DNA from: Amoeboaphelidium protococcarum X5
Lineage: Eukaryota > Fungi > Aphelidiomycota
DNA length: 64,000 nucleotides
Assembly: GCA_023515725.1 (NCBI GenBank)
Contig: JALDTO010000237.1
Span: 186,001 to 250,000 of the forward strand
Reading direction: 5' to 3'
Shown here one piece after another: positions 29,459 through 41,192 of this stretch (position 1 is its first letter; every line of letters begins with the position of its first letter). The notes below the pieces were generated by a model. The model ran no database searches and had not been told where the DNA came from. It was given only the letters and a program-made list of their open reading frames with translations. Position numbers and translations under genes: made by a program.

Positions 29459-29532
29459 ATAAGAGAATTGATACTTTATGAAAACTTTTCGTGATATTTT
29501 TAATTTTTTTTTGTGTTACACTAATAGTAGAA

Positions 29533-31575
29533 TCAATCATATCGCTTCACCTTCTGCTTCTTGTCTCTATTCCCTTAATCTTTACCAAGACTCTTTCCTG
29601 ATGACGCTGACTTGTTTCCACCTCTTTAACCTGATTAATTATTACTATTCTTGTTGACAAATAACTTTGCCGGTCTGGCTGCAATCTCGTCAGCGTGCTT
29701 GATCAAATTCTCTCCCTTCTTCAACTACATTTCTGCAATCTTGATCTACTTTTCCTATTTCTCTTCCGTCAAAACCGTTGATATCTTCGCCTCCAGCGAT
29801 TAAATCTACTCGCGATACTTTTTGACAACTTCTGAAGGTAATACGCGCTACTTGGCCACCTGGCCAGGCTTCAAATTCTTCAATACTGTCTTGACCATTT
29901 TACGCTCTCTCTCACCGACAAGAGTGACAGACTTACCATGCTTGTTGTTACGAGCAGTACGTCCAACTCTGTGCACGTAACGCTCATAGGAAGGTGGCAT
30001 CTGTAGATTGATTACCACCTCTATGCCAGCAATATCAAGACCACGCGATGCAATATCCGTACAAAGTAAGAAATCCACTTTACTATCCCTGAAGCGTTCA
30101 AGCGACTCAATTCTCTGCATCTGGGATAGATTTCCATGCAATTCTGTAGCTTTAAGGCCAGACAGACCAAAGATGACTTTCATACGGTGACACAGTATTT
30201 TGGATGGCATAAAAACAATCACACGCTTCCTATACGTTCTCTGACAAAGTGCTAACAGGATAGCTTCTCTCTGAGGTAGAGTAGCATGGTCAACAGCGCC
30301 ACTACTTGTCCCCGATTCGCCACCATCTCCAACGTCACTAACACTCTTACCACCGACATTTCTAATTCTGATAAACTCTTGCACCAGATTAGATGCAACA
30401 GCATTCACCGAGTCAATAAAGAGTCTGACTGGACGATGCAGAGAAAGTTGAACCAACTGGTCAACATTATCCGTCATGGTGGCACTGAAAAGCAGTCTCT
30501 AACAATTGCGCGGGCACTACTTTATAATCTCCGTCAACTCAGCTTGGAAACCTTCTTCCAGCATTCGATCAGCTTCATCCATCACTAAAATGTCAACCAT
30601 ATCTAATTCAAAAGATGCTGAATTCATCAAATGATCAACTAATCTACCTGGAGTTGCAAATACAATATCCGGTCGCTTTTTCAGCTCCACTTCCTACTAT
30701 TAACTGGAGGTACCACCAACACATAGAGAAATGGTTATATCCGTATACTTGGCCAACTTCACAGCGACAGAGTAACATTAGGCGGCAAGTTCACGCGTCG
30801 GAGTCAAAATCAGCACTCTCGTGGCAGCAGTACTGTAGCCATGACTTTTTGGCTTGTACAACAGTCGCTCCAATATAGGCAATAAGAATGCCGCACTCTT
30901 ACCGCTACCAGTCTATGCGGCACCACAAATATCTCTGCCCATAAGTGCAAGTGGAATCGCCATAGCCTAGATCTTAGTTGGTTTGTTGAATCCCAGATCG
31001 GCCAGTCCTTTCAACAGAGGACGTGATAGATTCATCTCTGTAAAAGTTTACGCGTAATTCTATTCATCATCTCCACCAGCGTCGCTCATAATATCTGGCT
31101 GTTCAAAGTACTCTGCCACCTTTTTATCAACCACTTTATCTTGCAATTTACTAAATTTACCTTCTATCGTATCTTAATGTCTAAATGCACTGTCGATGTC
31201 CTCGCCATCTTCATCACTGCCGCTATTATCTCCATCTTCAGAATCAGAGTCATCAACTGCGGCATCACCGTCTTAATCGGACGCGTCGTCAACATCGCTT
31301 AATTACCTGGCAATAGTCTCGTCAATATCGACCTCAGTGTACTTCCTCTTGATATGTTCCTTCACGGTTCCAAAGTCCCAACTGCTCTTTCCGGCTTAAG
31401 AGAGTCCCCTCATCTTGCCGAGCATATCACTATCATTCATAGTGAACGAGAAATTAGGATTGATCTCTTGAGGCTTATTCTCTTGTTCCACTTCTTGCTA
31501 CTCAGTATCGCTATGCAAATCAGTTGAGGTATGAGGTGTATCCTCAGCATCGCTTATTGTCATAATCAGATCCAT
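29533..31575 (-). CDS. DRS1: DEAD-box RNA helicase DRS1/DDX27
   Basis: [62 protein letters not shown]. Confidence 0.93.
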
Positions 31576-31794
31576 TTCTTCCTTAGTAACAATAGTTGAT
31601 GATATTATGATGATAGTTTGTGGTTTTATCACTTTTCACACGGATCAATGTGATGTTTTAACGCTCTTGGTCGTGAAGAGTTTTTACTGAAATGGAATAA
31701 CACATGTGATTGGGAAACAACTAAAAAAATTCTGTAATTTGAAATAAACCTTGTTTTCAACATAAACTATCACACAATAAATTCGTTATCGTTT

Positions 31795-32607
31795 TCAGTC
31801 AGCGCGCTTTTTAGGATCCATTTTTCTTTTGGGTGCTGTGATAGACTTTTTGGCGCTTTATTTCAGAGGGCGTGGAGCCGGTGGCGAAGGTGTCTTTGGC
31901 GCTTTGCTCGGTTAAGCAGGTGCAGGTTGAGCACTAGTAGCGCCATGCATTCTTCGGCTTTTTCGCAGCTCATCATGCTAATTGGGACCAGTGCCTTTAT
32001 ACATTGGGCCCTTCCCTTTGTCTTTTGCAGGATCGTATGGAGTAGGATTTCGAGACGTGGAAGAGGCGGAAGAGGTGCCAGATGATGAGGCACCAGATGA
32101 GGATGCACCAGAAGAGGAGCCACTACTACCACCACTTGTTGGCTATGTAACTGGAGTAGTAGGATAGCCGGGAGCTGGCTTCACAGTACCGGCAGGTACA
32201 CCTCGGGCAATGCCTTTGTTATGGTCCAACTCTTCCAGCCATGCTACAGAGTCCTCCCCAAATGCTATATCAGCAATTTTCTGATATTGGCCCATACTCA
32301 ATGGCACTTGATCCACAAAGTCACCTTTATGGTTAAAAATAGCGCCATCCTCGTACACAGTGTACTATTTTTTACCCTTGCCTACTTTAGTAGAACGCAC
32401 CGGTTCACCAGTTGCTGGAGGAAGTGGTGCCCACGGCTGTTATGAATATGTTATCTCGTATGGCTTTGAATTTGAACTTCCTCCTTGAGCTGTATTACCA
32501 GATTATCCTTACTGACCAGAAGCAGCAGCATTACTTTGAGGTTACTACTACCTTTGTTGTTACCGTTACTGTTGTCGCTATTACTGTTATTGAAACTTTT
32601 GATCCAT
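31795..32607 (-). CDS. Orphan low-complexity protein (polyQ, Gly/Ser/Pro-rich, basic tail) at the virus junction
   Basis: 270-aa table-6 ORF MDQKFQQQQQRQQQ...KRKMDPKKRAD; its ATG lies in the last 4 nt of the viral repeat arm. Confidence 0.55.
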
Positions 32608-33309
32608 TCATTGGGGTGCAAGTTGGAGGTTATTATTATTTCCTCGGCGTTTAAGGGATAACCTGCACCTTTTGTTTCTACACAGCATTTGTACTTGTCA
32701 CACCATTTGAGCAGATGGGATACTCCAATTTCTCCTCTGAATTCATCGATTAATACTTTCTTTTCCCCTTTGTATCCATCCCAGAACTTTGTAGTAGGGA
32801 GTTTATCATAGTATTCATCTCCCAGCTACTAAACTGCTCCAAAGGTTTTACCAGATCCAGAGACTCCATAGAAAACTTTTACTGAAATGTTTGGTCTTGG
32901 TCTGGCTACCATGTGGTCCATACCTATACGTCTTATCTAGTTATAACATCTAATTCTTATGTCAGCAGGAATTTAATCTACCTCTCCTTCAACGGCCTGC
33001 TGCCAGACTTAGTTCCAGTCCTCTTATCTATTTCTCTAGACAGGTCTTTCTCCCAGTTCAAACTATGTGCCAGGTACTCTAGTGTCCTCCTTCCATACAT
33101 AGTCATCTGCAGCCTAGCTTCTACTTTGTTCCAGGTGGCTCTAGTTTGGAAAGAAACTCTTAGCCTTGGTCAGGGTTACCTTTTTGTTAAACTAGGCCAT
33201 AATTTACCAATGATGGTAGCCACCCTCACCAACTTCTTGTTGACCCTTCAGATAGACTAGTTCATCTCTAATAGCGGGCACATACTCAGCAGCGAACGGA
33301 ATAGTCAGC
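32604..33309 (-). pseudogene. rep: Partial inverted Rep copy (left arm of inverted repeat)
   Basis: Reverse complement of 33444-34149; spans LTIP to PNEW; lacks the start codon and Arg finger. Confidence 0.9.
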
Positions 33310-34149
33310 CGAAATAGGAAGGTGCGCGTGAATATTGTCCTTAGCAACCGAGCAGCATAAAAGGGGAAGGACGGTGAGCTCTCTTTTCTTCCTCGTAACG
33401 ATCAAAAAATAAAAATGCCTTCCCGCTAAGCTCGCTATTATCTGCTGACTATTCCGTTCGCTGCTGAGTATGTGCCCGCTATTAGAGATGAACTAGTCTA
33501 TCTGAAGGGTCAACAAGAAGTTGGTGAGGGTGGCTACCATCATTGGTAAATTATGGCCTAGTTTAACAAAAAGGTAACCCTGACCAAGGCTAAGAGTTTC
33601 TTTCCAAACTAGAGCCACCTGGAACAAAGTAGAAGCTAGGCTGCAGATGACTATGTATGGAAGGAGGACACTAGAGTACCTGGCACATAGTTTGAACTGG
33701 GAGAAAGACCTGTCTAGAGAAATAGATAAGAGGACTGGAACTAAGTCTGGCAGCAGGCCGTTGAAGGAGAGGTAGATTAAATTCCTGCTGACATAAGAAT
33801 TAGATGTTATAACTAGATAAGACGTATAGGTATGGACCACATGGTAGCCAGACCAAGACCAAACATTTCAGTAAAAGTTTTCTATGGAGTCTCTGGATCT
33901 GGTAAAACCTTTGGAGCAGTTTAGTAGCTGGGAGATGAATACTATGATAAACTCCCTACTACAAAGTTCTGGGATGGATACAAAGGGGAAAAGAAAGTAT
34001 TAATCGATGAATTCAGAGGAGAAATTGGAGTATCCCATCTGCTCAAATGGTGTGACAAGTACAAATGCTGTGTAGAAACAAAAGGTGCAGGTTATCCCTT
34101 AAACGCCGAGGAAATAATAATAACCTCCAACTTGCACCCCAATGAATGG
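32604..34149. repeat. 706-bp inverted repeat with 134-bp spacer (33310-33443)
   Basis: Arm coordinates sum to 66753; track ORFs 32913-33260(+) and 33493-33840(-) translate identically; no mismatch found in spot checks. Confidence 0.95.
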
Positions 34150-34302
34150 TGGCCGGCCTTGGATGAGACAACTAAAGCTGCATTCCTAAGAAGAGTAACC
34201 GTAGTTCATTATGACAGACCATACGAACGAATGGTTGAACGAATGGCTGCAGTAGCCGGATTCGATGGAGTTGACGAAGATGGCCGACCAGTGCTCATGT
34301 GA
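33415..34302 (+). CDS. rep: CRESS-DNA virus replication-associated protein (HUH endonuclease + SF3 helicase), 295 aa
   Basis: Motif I LLTIP, II YHHWQ, III DYVWKEDT, Walker A GVSGSGKT, FWDGY, Walker B LIDEF, motif C ITSN, Arg finger FLRRV. Confidence 0.95.
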
Positions 34303-34562
34303 ATAATATGTATGTATGAACTGCTTAAAATGGAAGGGTTGACTGGGTCCCCCAGACTGGAAATAATAATGATCAGGTGTAAGGAATAAATTTATGTTTT
34401 GTGCGCTCAACGGGGCCCCTGCACCCCGGTTTCGCTTGTGTCCACTTACGCCTTTTTAGTGCCTACGCCTCGATCCCTCGGTCCGGCACATAAAAATGGC
34501 TACGCTGCCGGTATAAAAAAGATAATTAAAAAAAACGTATTTATAAATACGGTTATCACAAC
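34303..34562. other. Viral rep/cap 3' intergenic region with stem-loops
   Basis: CTGGG-tcc-CCCAG (34343-34355), GGGGCCCCTGCACCCCG (about 34412-34428), CCGGCA..TGCCGG (about 34483-34511), palindrome CGTATTTATAAATACG (34536-34551). Confidence 0.6.
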
Positions 34563-35081
34563 TCAACAATTACAATCTGAATCTCCAAGAACCTAAATAT
34601 CAGCCGTCGGATTTATAGTAAGATTATCAAAATCCTCTTAAGTGGGCAAAATAGTACAAGTTCCAATACTCTTTTCCTTGACTAACTATTCACCGCTGTT
34701 AGTAACGGTTTACCAAATAATATTATCACCATCTTGAACCATAGCTTCAATATTACGAGTAGCGTAATTTATAGGCTAATTACTAATCATTGGTCTAAAT
34801 TTATATGTTTTGTGACCAACAAATTTAACACAAACAGGAGCGCTTGTAATACGACGAAATATAATGGGAGGATCACGAATATTTGCTGTTACAGGAAATG
34901 AACGAATAATGGGCATGAAAGTATGAGTATACGGAGAAGCATACTCTGTACTCCACCTATCTGCAGCAACAACCTTGTTATAATTGATTTTAAAAATATG
35001 CTTATAGTTACCACCACCAGACATATTAATACGATGCACTTTAATAATTTTCCAATGTTTGTTAAATTCAGCAGACGATTA
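34563..35081 (-). pseudogene. cap: 5'-truncated CRESS-virus capsid (C-terminal 172 codons)
   Basis: SAEFNKHWKIIKVHRINMSGGGNYKHIFKINYNK resembles the CRESS capsid F..WK..K......G....H pattern; convergent with Rep; upstream in-frame TGA, no N-terminal Arg-rich arm. Confidence 0.65.
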
Positions 35082-35262
35082 TCATGACTTTGGGACACAT
35101 ATATGATCATCTGACCAAATGCTCAGCCTCTGATTGGAAGAAAATCGTATGATCTGAACACAATGTAAAATGTACAGTATACAGTTACAAGTACACGATA
35201 TGGTGAGATATCACTTCACAGGAATAAACTCAAAGAAGACCACAAGTGCAAAACAAGAGAAT

Positions 35263-36312
35263 TCATTAAAGACTTTGTTCAAGCAAAATCATGAGCTCAT
35301 CCACATTAAAGTGCCGGTTAAACGCCTTAAGGAAGACTGAATTCTCTTGCACGTCCGCAGTCTTTTACTCCTTAGCTGTGGCGGGAGATGGTGTGGATTT
35401 CATAGAGAGTTGAGTATCAAAATTCAGCAATTTCTAAACCGGATCAATATCATTAGCTGTCCTACCACCCAAAATCTAAACTTTCTTGGCCGATTTAGGC
35501 TTCTTTTACTTTTTACTAGTACTTACACTGGGAGGATGAGAGGGACTAACGTAATCTGATTCAACACTTTTATTCTACTTCTACAAGGTGGCACTTCCCG
35601 CTTTGCTATTCTACTTGAGCCAGTCTTTCAGCTTTCCCATAAAGCGCTAGATCATAAAAAAGTTATTCACAAACTGCTTCGTCTAATGCCTGTATCCAGG
35701 TAAGTCTTTAAGCCAATGCCACTTAATATCACCAATCTCCTTTCGCGTCTATGGGCAAAATTATGTCGCCTCTGAGATGTTCTAAATGACAAACATCTTA
35801 TTACGCTACTCGCCACGCAGAACCAGCTCAATAAACTTGCCCTCCTCTATCCTATCGCGAATATCAAACCCAGTCTCTTCCATAACTTCTCTCACTGCAC
35901 AATCCACATCGCTCTCATTCTAGTTGATCTTACCCTTGGGAAATGTCCAATTGCCTCTCGATCCCCATCCCTTGACTAGGAGAACCTTATCGCTGGACTC
36001 ATTTAACAATATGGCACCACACACGGGAACATTCATCTTGTACGCAACGAACCGACTATAAATCTCTTCCACACTGGACTACTCTATAAATTCAATAAGC
36101 AGTGGACATCTTTTGAACATTTCACCAGCGAAAGATTTCAGTTTAAAATGGGGCAGATTAGGCTGTGACTCTCTGATGAAGTCTTCATAGAACCAGTGAG
36201 CTTATTCTATCTAAAAGCACACCTACTCAATCGTAGATATCTCGCTCTCCGGGACATTTATGATAAATCTCGACATGAGATCTTCAAATATTTCCTGCAA
36301 TTGTGTGGTCAT
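35263..36312 (-). CDS. DCP2: mRNA decapping enzyme Dcp2
   Basis: BoxA EDLMSRFIINVP..FQIEQAHWFYEDF; YKMNVPVCGAILLN; Nudix [27 protein letters not shown]. Confidence 0.95.
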
Positions 36313-36638
36313 ATTACTTATTTCACTTTTGTGATATCTATAAAAAATATAGAGGAGTGTCACTTAAAAGTCTTTCGTAGGAGGAAACTGAGAAGAGGAA
36401 AGCTTGAATGGAACGGCGAGTCAAGCTAAGAGACGTAAATCTGAATAGTCTTGAGCGTGTGATAGATCGCTTTGTTAAAGTGTATTATTGGAGGGCTCTA
36501 ATGTCATCTAAAGCTATTATCAATAAGGCCTCATAGTGGCATAAAGCAAAAGCGAGAAGGATTCAAGGCAAGATAATGAAAGTATCAAACTACGACAGAA
36601 AAATTAAAAGTGAGTGGGCATTACTATTCTGACTATTA

Positions 36639-37235
36639 TCACAGACGCTAGTGAATGAAACGCGTTTCCGTAGACTTTAACATTCTTGCTGAAGGATCCA
36701 GAGACGGAATGTCTTCGCACGCAAGCTCAAATACTGGATTATCTGGTGAAATTAATTACAGTAAATCGCTAAAACCAGGTTCCTCCAACTCACAATTGTA
36801 GTCGACATATCCATTCTTGAATGCGCCACAAGTTAAAGTCGCAGGACCACGCAAAAGCTCATCAAATATTGGTTGAAGATCTAATCCTAGCCCGCTGTCA
36901 GTATCGCACAATGACTTACCGGCGATGCAGTTACACTTCATCTTGTCACATCTGGAGCTGATGGTGGATTCTCCGGTGCTCTTACTACCATCTAAAGCCC
37001 CACAATCGCTCATATCGCAATAGAAAGACGCGTCATCTTTAATCAGAAAACGCATTTGGCATTACGACGTTGACTGCTTGCATTCAAAACTCAAGTATCC
37101 TTCTCCGTGAGCAATATGATTGAACTGCTCATTGACAATAAAGCAAGTTTTTGTTTAACCGCTAATCAAGTCTTGAGCTTGAATCTAGTTCAACGTGGAA
37201 AGCAAGCTAATTAGGCCCAAAATAAATCCCTTCAT
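36639..37235 (-). CDS. Secreted Cys-rich protein resembling the ADP1 ABC-transporter ectodomain, stand-alone
   Basis: Signal peptide MKGFILGLISLLSTLNQIQA; SFYCDMSDC..CDKMKCNCIAGKSLC..LDLQPIF..LRGPATLTC..CELEEPGFSDLL. Confidence 0.6.
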
Positions 37236-37514
37236 ATCAGTAAATAGTTTGATGATTGCAAAATATGCACACAAGATTAACGCAGATTGACAGTAAGAAA
37301 AGAAGAACGCAATACATTAATCAATGTCAGGGGGTACACGTAAGCCACCGAAGCGTTAAAGGGCAGAGTACGACGGTGTTTTATAGTGCACACATTAAAT
37401 TAAAAGCTCAATTAAGAGCGCAGTTTATTTCAATAAAGTAAAAATTGATACTTTTGCATTTATTTGTACATTTAGGTGTAAACGCAACATACAACTGACG
37501 TAAGGAAAAAGTGA

Positions 37515-39527
<2,013 letters not shown>

Positions 39528-40030
39528 ATATTGCTACGTGGTTTTTTACTTTGCCTTTGGGTTATATATCGGAATGATAATGTTAAAAATAAATAATTTC
39601 CAAAATTGATGAGAATGATTCTGTAATGTTGATAAAAATAGCCTTCTAATTAACGGTGATTACCAAGACGCGTTGGAGTCGTTCCGTAACGACTATCGTA
39701 TATTCGCCATATAATTCAGTGTCATACTAAAGGACTTACTAGTCTGCGTACATGGATCCCTAATGCAACGCATATTAATAATTCAGTTCAGCATTTTATG
39801 CCCAAAAACTTCAATACCACCCAAGTCTGTAATTTTAGATTAATGCATTATGGATCTCTCTGTTGATTCGAACGATATAATTTGTCAATTCTACTGATTG
39901 GCTGATCTCAGATTGACTCGGTTTAATATCAAGAGATTGAATGATGATACGTCTTGTCTTCTATCTTCGGAATAGTCTTTAATTCAATACTCTGTAACGT
40001 CTAAGAATCCGCTAATATACTGAAAATAAA

Positions 40031-41107
40031 ATGACCTGCTCCATTGAAGAATAGCAGATATCTCTGATAGCCCAAATGGGTAACGTGCAAAAGGCCTTCC
40101 TAATCACGAAATTCTCGCGTCTCGGCAATTTCGTTGAGCTGCTGAAACAATTGTTCGCCGTCCAAGATTACGATGTCTGTCTGGTGATTGAAGTCATTCT
40201 GGCGTCTAATCAGTCATCATTCATCGTGCTGAATGGTGATGACTACCGCCGTATGATGAAGCTGGCGTACGATGACCTGGTGCAGGTAATACGCGTCCAC
40301 AATCTTACTGCTTGCATGAATCCCAAATTCTCTCAGATGAAATCGGTAAAGTTTGAAGAAAAGCTGATTGATGTCGATACTGATAACATTGACGAGCTTT
40401 CAGTTATCAAGTCTCCGGTAGATATTACTGAGTCTCACTATTTAATTCCAAAGCCTCCCTCTATCAAGCATGATCATCAGCATTACCAGTTGCTTCCTGA
40501 TGATGATGTTGCTGTTGAGAGCGAAACTGCTTCATCTGCGGCTGCGACTGAGCAACTTGTGGCTATCGATGATATCAATGACGATGAAGACGATTGTAAG
40601 TCTGTGATAATTCATGAACATTTCGCTGCCTCCACTTCTGCAGTGGATCAGATGATTGCTTTAAGAAACGCATAGCAGAAACTTCATGAATCCATGTTGG
40701 CGTAATGCGAGCAGAAAGTTTGTCAGATTGCTAGCAGATTGTAAATTCTCGAGTTGCAAAGCACTGCTCGTTCATTAAAGCATGTTGAACTACCGTTTGA
40801 GAATCGCTCATTGATTAATGAATGCGCTATTAGTAATGTTGCAGATTTCGCTGATGTTCATGAGCAAGTCGTTGATGAGGATGTGGATGATTGCAAGACT
40901 CTGGTTTGCGACAATCCAACTCCGTATTATCCAACTTTTATCGTGCTGTTGAATAATCTGACCAAGTGCCCAGTGTCTCACACTCTGTCAGTTAGGATGC
41001 CGGTTGACAGCGATTATCCTCCGTCTCCAACATCCACCTTATCAAACACTGAGCATGACTTTGATATGATTTCTGAGGCTGAGTACCAGGATGCAGTTGC
41101 AGCTTGA
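40031..41107 (+). CDS. Hypothetical protein, possible N-terminal PB1-like domain, acidic C-terminus
   Basis: Track ORFs 40076 and 40754 join in one frame through TAR codons. Confidence 0.6.
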
Positions 41108-41192
41108 GCAATATCTTTGCGTAAACATGTGTAAGATGTGATTAAATAAAAATGTAATGTATAAAATTGACAAATTTATTGTATCTCTACTG

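Larger units (their letters stand above)
32604..35081. mobile_element. Endogenous CRESS-DNA (circular Rep-encoding ssDNA) virus, rearranged
   Basis: Rep (+), inverted partial Rep copy (-), convergent capsid fragment (-), hairpin-rich intergenic region; flanked by host DRS1 and DCP2. Confidence 0.9.

Noticed and set aside
32490-32498. CTGTATTAC resembling a CRESS origin nonamer
   Set aside because: No flanking stem, and it lies inside the orphan ORF outside the Rep repeat
32240-33309. In-frame Rep fusion protein from the left arm
   Set aside because: No in-frame ATG just upstream of the arm, and the Rep frame continues into an off-frame reading of the orphan ORF before stopping
32913-33840. 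Two identical 115-aa hydrophobic ORFs (MVHTYTSY...)
   Set aside because: They are antisense shadows of the Rep arms, not genes
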